64,000 bases of DNA from assembly GCA_963846875.1 (NCBI GenBank), contig CAWJXT010000019.1, positions 13,225 through 77,224 on the forward strand, read 5' to 3'. Below the pieces are notes generated by a model. That model saw only the letters and a program-made list of their open reading frames with translations. It searched no databases and was not told the DNA's origin. This document shows, piece by piece, positions 9,876 through 19,086 of this stretch (within the stretch, counting starts at the first letter, position 1; each line of letters begins with the position of its first letter). Position numbers and translations under genes: made by a program. Source of the stretch: an uncultured Alphaproteobacteria bacterium. GTDB taxonomy: Bacteria > Pseudomonadota > Alphaproteobacteria > Rhizobiales > Methyloligellaceae.

Positions 9876-10451
9876 ATGGGGGCGAAAGAACCGCCATATC
9901 TAGATGAGGGCCTTAGCCAGCGGGACGAAGAAGCCACAGTTGATGTTTTTGAGGTCTCAGGATCGATCAAGTGGTTCGACGCGTCCAAAGGTTATGGGTT
10001 CATTGTTCCGGACGACGACCTTCCCGACGTTCTCTTGCATGTAACGTGTCTCAGGCGGGACGGATTCCAGACAGCCTACGAGGGTGCGCGCGTCGTCTGC
10101 GAAGTCTTGCGGCGGCAGAAGGGACTTCAGGCTTTCCGCATCCGCGCGATGGACGATTCGACGGCGGTGCATCCGTCGCAATTGCCCCAGCGCACCCACG
10201 TCGCGGTGGTGCCGGAGAGCGACTGGGAACGCGCTTTGGTGAAGTGGTTCAATCGGCTGCGCGGATTCGGCTTTCTCACCCGCGGCCCGCAGACCCTCGA
10301 CATCTTCGTGCATATGGAGACGCTGCGGCGCTATGGCTTCACCGAGCTTCGGCCGGGCCAGACCGTGCTCGTGCGCTATGGTCGGGGCCCGAAAGGGCTG
10401 ATGGCGGCAGAGCTCAAGCCCGACGGCGCGAGCGGCCCTTCCTCTCACTGA
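9876..10451 (+). CDS. Cold-shock protein with two CSD domains
   Basis: [18 protein letters not shown] and [18 protein letters not shown]. Confidence 0.93.
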   Translation: MGAKEPPYLDEGLSQRDEEATVDVFEVSGSIKWFDASKGYGFIVPDDDLPDVLLHVTCLRRDGFQTAYEGARVVCEVLRRQKGLQAFRIRAMDDSTAVHPSQLPQRTHVAVVPESDWERALVKWFNRLRGFGFLTRGPQTLDIFVHMETLRRYGFTELRPGQTVLVRYGRGPKGLMAAELKPDGASGPSSH

Positions 10452-10933
10452 CATCAACGAACCTCCTCCGGCTCGGCCGCGTTGCGGCCGTCGCTTGGTT
10501 TGGGTTCGCCATCTTTGCGCGCCTCGACCCCTGCATCGCCTTGAGCAGGGGCACGCTCGTGGTTGAAACCGCATCCGGTCCCCACAGCTTCAGCATCGAG
10601 GTGGCCACGACCGAGGCGGAGCGGCAGCGGGGCCTCATGTTCCGCCGCTCTTTGCCGCAAGACGGCGGCATGCTGTTCCTCTATACCGAGCCGCAGCCCA
10701 TCTCCATGTGGATGAAGAACACGCTGATCCCCCTCGACATGGTGTTCATCGACGCCTGGGGCCACGTGCACCGCATCGAGACCCGCACCGAGCCCTTCTC
10801 GACAACCCCGATTCCCTCGGACGGCGAGGTGCAAGCAGTTCTGGAGCTGAATGCCGGCGCCGCCGACGCAATCGGGCTGAAAGCAGGGGACAAGGTGGTT
10901 TATCCGGGGCTCGGTGCGAACGCCGCCCATTAG
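10448..10933 (+). CDS. DUF192 family protein (start uncertain)
   Basis: [42 protein letters not shown]. Confidence 0.88.
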   Translation: MTSTNLLRLGRVAAVAWFGFAIFARLDPCIALSRGTLVVETASGPHSFSIEVATTEAERQRGLMFRRSLPQDGGMLFLYTEPQPISMWMKNTLIPLDMVFIDAWGHVHRIETRTEPFSTTPIPSDGEVQAVLELNAGAADAIGLKAGDKVVYPGLGANAAH

Positions 10934-11030
10934 CTCTTTCGTTAGAGCTTCGGCCCTACCTTGCCGCCCCCGAACAAACTATGTAAGGGCTGTAGATTGT
11001 TCGTCGCGGGCTCGTCGGCCGGCGGCATGT

Positions 11031-11107
<77 letters not shown>

Positions 11108-11139
11108 ATCGCCGTTTCGGCCTCGCGAAGGAAGGTTTG

Positions 11140-11445
11140 ATGGCCGCCCGCATCTACAAGCCCGCAAAGACCGCCATGCAGCAAGGCCTGGCGGCGACGC
11201 GCCGATGGGTGCTCGAATACGAGCCGGAGCGACCTTTGCGCATCGAACCGCTGATGGGCTGGACGAGCTCGAGCGACACGCGTAGCCAGGTGCGCATGAG
11301 CTTTGCCAACAAGGAAGAGGCCATTGCATTCGCCACCCGGCAAGGCATACCTTTCCGTGTCGACGAGCCGCAAAGGACCGAGCTGAGAGCCAAGTCCTAT
11401 GCGGAGAACTTCAAGTTCGGGCGCATGGACCGCTGGACTCACTAG
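11140..11445 (+). CDS. ETC complex I subunit conserved-region protein (NDUFS4-like)
   Basis: ARIYKPAKTAMQQG, EPLMGWTSS.D, KSYAENF. Confidence 0.92.
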   Translation: MAARIYKPAKTAMQQGLAATRRWVLEYEPERPLRIEPLMGWTSSSDTRSQVRMSFANKEEAIAFATRQGIPFRVDEPQRTELRAKSYAENFKFGRMDRWTH

Positions 11446-11476
11446 GGCCTGTATCCGACCGAAGTGCAGCGCAAGT

Positions 11477-11552
11477 GGTCCCGTAGCTCAAGGGATAGAG
11501 CATCTGCCTTCTAAGCAGAGGGTTGAAGGTTCGAATCCTTCCGGGATCACCA
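11477..11552 (+). tRNA. tRNA-Arg(TCT)
   Basis: GGTCCCG/CGGGATC acceptor stem; TCTGC-CTTCTAA-GCAGA; CCA. Confidence 0.96.
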
Positions 11553-11834
11553 GTTTTTTCAAGCACTTACCGCTTTAGCGAGTTCCCGCTTTCCCAAGGT
11601 GGTAACAAACCTAGGCCCCCTCAAACCCCCGTGGGGCGGGGCTTTCTCTGTCGACACCCCCTTTAGCTTGCCGGAGTAGAAACGGTTTCGGCTCTCTCCG
11701 TTTTGCAAAAATGTCACAGAGTTTTCCAAATCTATACGGAATGGTTGAAATCCTCTCCATCAAATGCCTGTGGTGCGTTATGCATAAAAAATAGGCTGCG
11801 ATTTAGGAAGAGTTGTACTTCAAGGGGGACAGGC

Positions 11835-13415
11835 ATGTCTGGGGGACTGACAAAAACATCCAGCCGCATTGCCATCGCAGCCGGACTTGGCATGACGCTC
11901 GGCGGTTTCGCCATGAGCGCTCACCCCGCCAAAGCTGCGGATCTTGGTGGCGATTGCTGCGCCGATCTCGAGGAGCGGGTAGCCGAGCTCGAGGCGACGA
12001 CGGTCCGCAAGGGCAACAAGAAGGTCTCGGTGACCCTATCGGGTTGGGTGGTCAAATACGGCGCCTGGTGGGACGACGGCCACGAGCAAAACTTCTACGT
12101 GGGTGACAAGCACACGACGCTGTCGAGCCACTTTACGATTTCGGGCCAAGCGACGATCGCTCCCGGTTGGACCGGTGGTTACAACCTGACGGTCGAGGTT
12201 CGCGGCGGCAACGCGGTTGGCGACGATAATCAGTTCAACGATAACTCGGCCAACAACAAGCTGGGCACGAACCTGGACATTCTGGGCAACACCAGCGCGC
12301 TGCTCTCCTATATGTGGATCAAGAGCGACAGATGGGGCACGGTGAACTGGGGCCAACTGTCCCAGGCCACGGACAACGTGGCGCTGCTGCCTGATCTCTC
12401 CGGCACCATCATCGAATCGAACGCGGTGCTGTTCGACGGGTCGTTCTTCTTCGTCCGGCCCAAAGGCGCGAGGAACTCTACTGACATGGCAAGTACCCTA
12501 GGCGGCGACTTCACCTGGGGCAATGTCGTGAACTGCCTATCGGCGGGCGGCGGCATCGGGGCGGACTGCAACGGCTATCCTGAGAACGGTGTCCGTTACG
12601 ACAGCCCGACCTTTGGCGGCTTCAGCGTTTCGGGCGGTGTCTATGAGGATGACGTGAAGGACATCGCGGTGCATTACGCCGCCGATTGGAACAGCATCAA
12701 GGTCGCGGCTGCCTTCGGTTTCAGCAACATCACCGACGAGGGCTGCACGGGTTCCGGCTCTTGCGGCAACTTGCTGCTGCAAGGTGGCGGTGGCGCACCA
12801 TTCCAGGGCTTCCGCCGCGATGCGGATGTGTGGCAGGTGGGCGCCTCGATCATGCACGTTCCTTCCGGTCTGTGGGCTTATGGCCTGTGGCAGCAGGAGG
12901 ATAACAACGGCACGCAGTGGAAGGTGCTCAATGTCAACACCGACAGGTTTGTCAATTCTGCTGCGAACACGACGGACGTCTGGTTCGTCAAGGCCGGTAT
13001 CAAACGGACCTGGACGCCTCTCGGCGCCACGGTGATCTGGGGTGAAGGCGGTCAGTACGAGAATATGTTCAACCAGTTCTGCGGCCAGCCTGGCGCAGTT
13101 TTCAGCGAAGGCTGTTTGGCCGCAATCGCTACTGGAGGGACGTCCAACCTAGAGGGTGTCAAGAGTTTCCCCAACGTGGCGCTGGCAGAAGTTACTGGCT
13201 CGACCGTCAACCGCTACGGCGCCGGTATCATGCAGGAGATCGACTCCGCGGCCATGCATGTCTGGTTTAATTGGCAGCACCTCAATCTTGACCTCAATGC
13301 AGTCAGCTTGGGCGAGTGCAGCAACCCGAATGCTTGCCCGTCATTGGGAACGAAGTTCAAGGGGAAATACGACGACCTCGACATGTTCATGCTCGGTGGC
13401 GTGATCTTCTTCTAG
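11835..13415 (+). CDS. Outer-membrane porin (Hyphomicrobiales type)
   Basis: Signal peptide; ADLGGDCCADLEERVAELEATTVRKGNKKVS N-terminus; VRYDSPTFGGF; C-terminal Phe. Confidence 0.88.
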   Translation: MSGGLTKTSSRIAIAAGLGMTLGGFAMSAHPAKAADLGGDCCADLEERVAELEATTVRKGNKKVSVTLSGWVVKYGAWWDDGHEQNFYVGDKHTTLSSHFTISGQATIAPGWTGGYNLTVEVRGGNAVGDDNQFNDNSANNKLGTNLDILGNTSALLSYMWIKSDRWGTVNWGQLSQATDNVALLPDLSGTIIESNAVLFDGSFFFVRPKGARNSTDMASTLGGDFTWGNVVNCLSAGGGIGADCNGYPENGVRYDSPTFGGFSVSGGVYEDDVKDIAVHYAADWNSIKVAAAFGFSNITDEGCTGSGSCGNLLLQGGGGAPFQGFRRDADVWQVGASIMHVPSGLWAYGLWQQEDNNGTQWKVLNVNTDRFVNSAANTTDVWFVKAGIKRTWTPLGATVIWGEGGQYENMFNQFCGQPGAVFSEGCLAAIATGGTSNLEGVKSFPNVALAEVTGSTVNRYGAGIMQEIDSAAMHVWFNWQHLNLDLNAVSLGECSNPNACPSLGTKFKGKYDDLDMFMLGGVIFF

Positions 13416-13471
13416 ACAAGGCCTTTCCCCAAAGGGTCCATCTCCCTGGGGAGATTATCGCCGCCACATAC

Positions 13472-13505
13472 AAGGGGTCGGTCAAAAGCCGGCCCCTTCG
13501 CTTTT
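13472..13505 (+). terminator. Intrinsic terminator after the porin
   Basis: AAGGGGTCGGT-CAAAA-GCCGGCCCCTT followed by CGCTTTT. Confidence 0.6.
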
Positions 13506-13583
13506 GGGTCGGGGAAAACGCGAGACCTATTTAAGCCGGCAGCTTCTTACCCAAACGAAAGAGTCTTTGTGGATCTGGCCCGC

Positions 13584-13841
13584 CTACTCTAACCAGGGGG
13601 CAATGCTGATCCTGGGCCGGCCAGTAGCATCATCGTACCAGGCGATACGCACCACCAAATCGTCATCCGTGACAGCAGCCTCTTGCAAAAGAAGGGCTAC
13701 TGCTTTTTCCGTTGCCGGTGTGACGTCACCATCCTCGCCAGTAGGGACCATGCAGACGATTCTTCGAGGATGTCTAATCTCTGCAGACGTCGCCACCTTT
13801 TGGTAGACGTGGCAGTCTGGCCAAGCTCGGGCAATTTCCAT
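13584..13841 (-). CDS. Hypothetical protein
   Basis: 85-aa ORF of protein-like composition; no family recognised. Confidence 0.3.
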   Translation of the reverse strand: MEIARAWPDCHVYQKVATSAEIRHPRRIVCMVPTGEDGDVTPATEKAVALLLQEAAVTDDDLVVRIAWYDDATGRPRISIAPWLE

Positions 13842-14024
13842 CTCAACACTTCTCTCTCAGACCATTGGTGTGAAAATGTTAGAGGAATGAACTGACTTGC
13901 ATGAAATGAATATTTATCAGCCAAGTAGCTGCAGGAGATTCAGTATTTATGATCTCACCGAGGACGAGGCACGTCGGATTGCACGCAATGCTCCGCTCGA
14001 TCCTCATTGTCCGAGAGGCAGGGT

Positions 14025-14330
14025 GTGAGGATTCCTGAGGCAATCGTTCCTGGGCGTGGATGCGATGGCTGCACCGCGAGCTGGACGGTAAAAGGCTGGC
14101 AGCTCACGTCGATCCAAGTCGGCCTAACGCGTGGAAGGCAGAACCCTACTACGGGCAATTGAAGCGGTGGGCACGACTGGCAGTTCAAAAAAGGCACCAA
14201 GTCCTCGTCTACATTGGACGTCGGGCAATCGCCATCCTGCCAGAGGAGGACGTTGACCTCGGCGTCATTGGCGATGACGAGGTAATTGTCATGGGAGAGA
14301 GAAGCACGTCCCTCGGCCTTGAGCAGAGCA
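14025..14330 (+). pseudogene. Internally deleted Cys-cluster (YkgJ-like) hypothetical protein
   Basis: VPGRGCDGCT is followed, after a frame change, by RLAAHVDPSRPNAWKAEPYYGQLKRWA. Confidence 0.5.
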
Positions 14331-14385
14331 GAAGTCCGACCTGCCAGCAGGCCCTGCCAACGGCCAATTTCGCTAGTATGCGCGG

Positions 14386-14616
14386 ATGGTGGAAATCGAG
14401 GACCTAAACGTTGAAGTGCGCGACGGCGACATCATCATCACCCTTCCTGGCACGAACTTCATGGTGACGTATTTCAAACCTGCAGGCACGTCACATCTCA
14501 TTGCGAAGCCTAACTGGACCAACGATCCCGATGCCTCGATTGAGCTTGGAGAGTTTCTCGAACCGGCTTCAATAGCCGCCAACGACAAGGCGCGTGAGTT
14601 GGGGTGGTTTGTGTGA
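14386..14616 (+). CDS. Small conserved hypothetical protein (ANDKARELGW C-terminus)
   Basis: 76-aa ORF ending AANDKARELGWFV, a motif I recall from small Hyphomicrobiales proteins. Confidence 0.6.
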   Translation: MVEIEDLNVEVRDGDIIITLPGTNFMVTYFKPAGTSHLIAKPNWTNDPDASIELGEFLEPASIAANDKARELGWFV

Positions 14617-14910
14617 GCTACCGATGACGCCGCGCCGAAACATTAACTCAAGGGATGGCCCGTGCCGCCCCCTTACCTTTTCGAGCACGGCGCCTCAACA
14701 ACGAACCCTCCAGGATTTTTGCATCCTCGCCCGCACCTCTCGCCTTCTCTAAATACTCTTGTCGTTTTTCATGCGTCAGTCTCGGGTCCCCAGCCGCCTT
14801 CTCATAGGCTTCGGCCCTCTCTGAGTGTCCCTGCGAGCCTAGAACACGCTCACCCCTAAAACTCATTCGCTTTCGCATTGCCGATGCCGTCGGAAAGTGC
14901 CTGAGACACA

Positions 14911-15002
14911 AGAGGAAGAAGCCCCGCTTGGGGGCGAGGCTTCTTCAGGTTCCCTTAGGCGGGACGGAACCGGTGACGAGCGAGGGATCAGCACCGTCAC
15001 CG
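14911..15002 (-). ncRNA. Candidate three-hairpin sRNA with C-rich loops (copy A)
   Basis: Stems CGGTGACG/CGTCACCG, GGTTCC/GGAACC and GAAGAAGCCTCGC/GCGGGGCTTCTTC; shares stem motifs with 16109-16189. Confidence 0.55.
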
Positions 15003-15186
15003 AGCAGAATTAGTGCGGCGTGATCATATTGATTGGGGCGCCTTTGAGGTTTTCCACACAATCCACAGCCTCTCCGACAGCACTCTTGGCTTGTCTTGAG
15101 GTGGCCGGTGTAGACCCCGTCGCGCATCGGACTAGTATGGCTCTGGAGGAGCTTCTGGGTCGTGGCCTTAAAGGAGTAGTTAGCGT

Positions 15187-15606
15187 ATGCCGGCAATGTG
15201 GAAACAGACCGAGCATGCAGGGGATACGAGTCGCTCGCTCTCAAACATTGGCGAGGACCTGGTAATAACCGGGAATGTGACCTCGAAGGGCGAGATTCAT
15301 CTGGATGGTCAGATTCACGGCGATATCCAGTGCGCTTCACTAGTTCTCGGCGAGAGTTCGCAGCTAGAAGGTAGCGTTGTCGCCGAGGACGTGGTGATCC
15401 GCGGGCGCCTTAAAGGCTCGGTGCGAGCGTTTCGGGTGACACTTCAATCCAAGTGCCAGGTCGAAGGCGACCTCATCCATCAGAGTCTCGCCATTGAGCA
15501 GGGCGCTTTGTTTGAAGGCAAGTCGCGGCGTGCCGATGATCCCCTTTCGCTCAGCCCAGAGACTTTCGAAGCGGGACTTGCAGCTAAGCCACAATTGGTC
15601 GGATAA
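15187..15606 (+). CDS. Bactofilin (polymer-forming cytoskeletal protein)
   Basis: IGEDLVITGNV..GEIHLDGQIHGDI..V.GDLIHQSLAIEQGALFEG beta-helix pattern; AAGGAG RBS. Confidence 0.9.
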   Translation: MPAMWKQTEHAGDTSRSLSNIGEDLVITGNVTSKGEIHLDGQIHGDIQCASLVLGESSQLEGSVVAEDVVIRGRLKGSVRAFRVTLQSKCQVEGDLIHQSLAIEQGALFEGKSRRADDPLSLSPETFEAGLAAKPQLVG

Positions 15607-15744
15607 CGTTCCGAAGAACACCCAAACAAGCCGGTGCAAAGCTCAGGTGAATGCCCGAGCGAGAAGCCGATGGTCAGGCATCATCGTGAGAGGCGTCGTT
15701 TGCGCAGCCTCCAGTTGGAAAATCAAGCCAATAGTCGGAACGAC

Positions 15745-15815
15745 GGCCGCCGTGAGCAGCTCGAAGGCAAGATCCAAGAGCGCTACGGCATAGCCAAGGA
15801 TCAGGCCCGGCAAGG
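15745..15815 (+). pseudogene. CsbD/YjbJ-family fragment
   Basis: GRREQLEGKIQERYGIAKDQARQ without the N-terminal part. Confidence 0.6.
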
Positions 15816-16108
15816 GCGAGAACATGGGGATAGATTTAACCGAGCTGGCTGCCTCTGGCGAAAAGCTCGATGATCCGCACCACGCCATACATCACGAGAA
15901 AGAAGGCGACAGGCATCAGAACACCGAACGTCATGCCTTCTGCCAAGGTCATTTGCCAATCCATGGCGGCACGCGTGACACACGGGAGCGATGCTGCTGA
16001 AGTGAGAGGCCGCCCCCTCTACCCCCGTAGAAATTAGGAAAGCGACCTCTTGCACCCAATGCAGGGAGCTAGACACTCTGCGAAATGAATTGGGCGGGAC
16101 CGGGGCCC

Positions 16109-16189
16109 AAGAAAAGAGGCCCCGCACGGGGGGAGAGGGGGCCTCTTCGTTCCTTTGGGGAGGAACAAGTGATGGAGGGGGTCCATCAC
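16109..16189 (-). ncRNA. Candidate three-hairpin sRNA with C-rich loops (copy B; cuckoo/alpha-r14-like architecture)
   Basis: Minus strand: GTGATGGA-CCCCC-TCCATCAC, GTTCCT-CCCCAA-AGGAAC, AAGAGGCCCC-CTCTCCCCCCGTGC-GGGGCCTCTT then TTCTT; promoter directly upstream. Confidence 0.65.
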
Positions 16190-16196
16190 GAGCGGC

Positions 16197-16225
16197 CGTA
16201 TAACCCGCTCGTGCGATAGCCTCAA
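16197..16225 (-). promoter_or_regulatory. Sigma70-type promoter for candidate sRNA copy B
   Basis: TTGAGG-N17-TATACG ending 7 nt before the first hairpin. Confidence 0.55.
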
Positions 16226-16436
16226 ATCGCATTTACTTATTGGATAGATAAGTTCAGCTGATTGCGGCGCCGGCGTTGGCCGGAGGAGGCACAGCTGGCC
16301 TCAATATGTTCTAGGTGCTCGCCGGGCCGAGGCAAAAAGTTGATAAGAGATGGACAAGAGATGGCCACTTTAATCTGATCCGATCTCGAAAGGCAGGGGA
16401 CACCAGTTCGATCTCGTAGCAGTTGGGAGTCCTCCC

Positions 16437-16844
16437 ATGTGTGACTGTAGCCTAGATCTCGTCGCGTCCCGGCCCGCCAAAATGGGCGAGACGCTGGTAA
16501 CGAAGAAATTCAACGGATTTACGGGTGGTTTCGCTTCGCTTGATGAGCGGAACGTGGCCGTGTGCCTACTTCCCGGCACCGAGCTTGCCTTCCAGAAGGA
16601 AGTTCAGTGCGAGACTGGTGGTGTTTGGTCTTCAAGGTGCCAACTTGGGCACAGATTGGCCCGATTTCGACAGATCAACAAGGAGCTACCTAACATCCAT
16701 CATGATGCGCTCGAGTTGCCTGATGGTCAGATCGTGTTGCTGACACGCTTGTGCGAAGGACAGCACGCGACCGTCCTGCAGTTGCCAGCTGTCCCGCGTC
16801 TCACCACGAACGAAGCGCAGAGGCACCACTCGCTCGCTGTCTAA
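16437..16844 (+). CDS. Conserved hypothetical protein (MCDxSL..SRPAK family of Hyphomicrobiales)
   Basis: MCDCSL..SRPAK.G, AVCLLPGTELAF, ARFRQIN, HHDALE.PDG, GQHATVLQLP; GGGAG RBS. Confidence 0.75.
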   Translation: MCDCSLDLVASRPAKMGETLVTKKFNGFTGGFASLDERNVAVCLLPGTELAFQKEVQCETGGVWSSRCQLGHRLARFRQINKELPNIHHDALELPDGQIVLLTRLCEGQHATVLQLPAVPRLTTNEAQRHHSLAV

Positions 16845-17039
16845 CCGACCGTCGCCACGCCTCGTCGCGGGTGCCGACACCCGGCCCTTGAACGAGAGCC
16901 CGGCCCAACAGTCAGGCGTTCTTTGCGGGAGCACGTTCGTGGCACGAAGCGGTCTAAATCGGGCATTCCCGAGATGTGCCCGATACTGTTGAAAACTAGT
17001 TCGGCATAATGTGACCAGACACTCCGCGACAGCGAAGCC

Positions 17040-17480
17040 ATGCAGAACGACGATAAAGCGGTCGACGCCGTTGATGTCGAGGTGACTTGGCAACGCCTAG
17101 CCTCGCGTCCGGGCTCGCAGCTGATCGACGTCCGCACGCGCGCGGAATGGACCTATGTCGGGATTCCCGATCTCGGACCCATCGGCAAGCGGGCTGTCCT
17201 CATCGAATGGCAGACCTTTCCCGATCAGACCGTGGATCCACACTTCGTGGGGCGTCTCGCCGTCGAGCTTAAGGCACTTGGCGCTCGATTGGATGACGAT
17301 CTCTTCTTCATTTGCCGTTCGGGAGGCCGGAGCTTGGCTGCGGCCAAGGCGATGGCGGAGGCGGGCTATCGGGCCTGTCATAACGTCGCTGGCGGTTTCG
17401 AAGGGCCGCTGAACGATGAAAGACATCGCGGTTCCGTCGGAGGCTGGAAGGTGGCCTCTCTTCCCTGGCGTCAAGGCTAG
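17040..17480 (+). CDS. Rhodanese-like domain protein
   Basis: LIDVRTRAEW..VGIP, FICRSGGRS, NVAGGFEG, GGWK..LPWRQ. Confidence 0.9.
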   Translation: MQNDDKAVDAVDVEVTWQRLASRPGSQLIDVRTRAEWTYVGIPDLGPIGKRAVLIEWQTFPDQTVDPHFVGRLAVELKALGARLDDDLFFICRSGGRSLAAAKAMAEAGYRACHNVAGGFEGPLNDERHRGSVGGWKVASLPWRQG

Positions 17481-17567
17481 TGGATGGATCGAACATCTGG
17501 CGCCCCGCTTTGACGGCGGCGAAGGCGACCCCCAGAAGTGGTGATAAGGGAGTCACAAGGAGGAGCC

Positions 17568-18055
17568 ATGCATCTCACCCCTATAATGCCATTGGTTCTC
17601 GCGAGTTTTTTGGTTGGAGCACCATGGCTTCTGCAGAGGTTTTGAACACACATCGTATTCCCGCGGTGCTTGCCGTGGAAGCAGCCAGCGAGTCCATCGG
17701 TGTCTGCGCCAAGCAGGGGTACCTAGAAACCGCCGTTGTTGTCGATGCTGACGGCGCGGCGATCGTGACGCTGCGTGGCGACGGCGCCGGTATACACACC
17801 CTCGATAGTGCACACGATAAAGCCTACACCAGCGTCTCGTTCAAGAGCGATACGATCGCTTTAGAGGAGCGCGGGAGAGGTGAGATCGCGCCATTGTCCA
17901 AGCTCCCGCATGTCTTGTTTTTTGGCGGCGGGGTTGTCATCAAGCTCGGCGACGAAACTATTGGTGCAATTGGCGCGAGCGGCGCTCCAGGAGCCAAGTT
18001 GGATGACACTTGCGCGCGCGCTGGACTGGAGAAAATTCGAGATAGGCTAGAATGA
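17568..18055 (+). CDS. GlcG/HbpS-like heme-binding protein (frameshift in the signal-peptide region near 17606-17611)
   Basis: VVVDADG, DSAHDKAYTS, GGGVVIK.G..IGAIGASGAPG..DD.CA; strong RBS and ATG at 17568 lie in a different frame. Confidence 0.75.
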
Positions 18056-18199
18056 GGCATCTGGCGTTCGCGTGACGCAAAATCTCGCACTGGGATTTAT
18101 TGCTTCGCATTCTTGAACGCTACCTGCTCCGAAAGTCGAGCGGCGGACGAAGACGCGACGCCCCTGATGCAGGTCTTAAGAAGAATAAAGCCGCAAAAT

Positions 18200-18368
18200 G
18201 GGTTACCGGACACTACCCGAATTCACGAGGCCGACCAGGTCGGAGAACGGGTCCGAAGGCTCACCGGATTCGATCGGAGTGATTGAGTACCGGCCGAAGC
18301 TGACCACCGGGCAAAACCTGGGGCTCTCAAGTCGGAAAAGAAGAAGCCCTCTAAGGCCTCTTTTTTTT
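18200..18368 (+). ncRNA. Candidate structured ncRNA ending in a U-rich terminator
   Basis: Chain of short hairpins (two with CGAA loops, one with a TCG loop), then an imperfect stem and T8. Confidence 0.35.
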
Positions 18369-18578
18369 AGGGTTGCGGGAGGCCGCTGAACCAAAGCTGG
18401 GGAAGCGCAGCCCTTACAAGAAACGCAGTGTTGATGGATCGATCAGACATACTGGCCAGCGTTTGCGCGAAGATCGAGGATGATCGCTGCGCGGATGCTG
18501 CTGCGACACGTCTCATCAACGACCGTGCACGGATCGGCACCGCGCCAGTCCTCATTAGCTGAGCCAAAGGAGAGCGCC

Positions 18579-19030
18579 ATGGTTGAAGCAAGAAAAGCGC
18601 GCGCTGTTGGTTTCAACCACGTAGCGCTTGAAGTCGGTGATATCGAAGAGGCTCTGGCATTCTACGGTCGATTGATTGATTTCAAACTTCGGGGCAAGAG
18701 CGGCACTTCGGCCTTCATCGATCGGGCGATCAATTCCTCGCACTCCAGGAGGGCCGTACTCAAGCGGCTGACGAGGGCCGCCATTTTGGACTTGTAGTCG
18801 ACGACAAGGATGCAGTCCGCAAAGCGCTGGCCGATGCGGGAATCCAACCGCTGCCCGGCCCGTTTCTCGACTTTCTCGACCCGTGGGGCAACCGCATAGA
18901 GATTGTCGGTTACGACAACGTCCAATTCACCAAGGCGCCGAACGTGCTACGTGGCATGGGATTGACGCATCTGTCAAAGAACGAGAAAGCGATCAAAGAA
19001 CTGACTGGAAAGGGCATGGCGCCGAACTAG
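18579..19030 (+). pseudogene. VOC (glyoxalase/bleomycin-resistance/dioxygenase) family protein, frameshifted near 18723
   Basis: GFNHVALEVGDIEEALAFYG..AFID, then GDQFLAL..RHFGLVVDD..DPWGNRIEIV in another frame; may be a sequencing error. Confidence 0.75.
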
Positions 19031-19086
19031 AGACGGATCAGCGGAGCGCGACTCTGCAGACCCGAAAACGAAGGCCGGTGCGCCAC

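Noticed and set aside
16345-16364. Direct repeat AAGAGATGG x2
   Set aside because: Only two short copies and no supporting context.
18242-18331. Glycine riboswitch (GGAGA..CCGAAG..CTCTCA words)
   Set aside because: The required CUCUCAGG and P3 pairing are not met (it reads CTCTCAAG) and no glycine-related gene follows. Kept only as a generic structured-RNA candidate.
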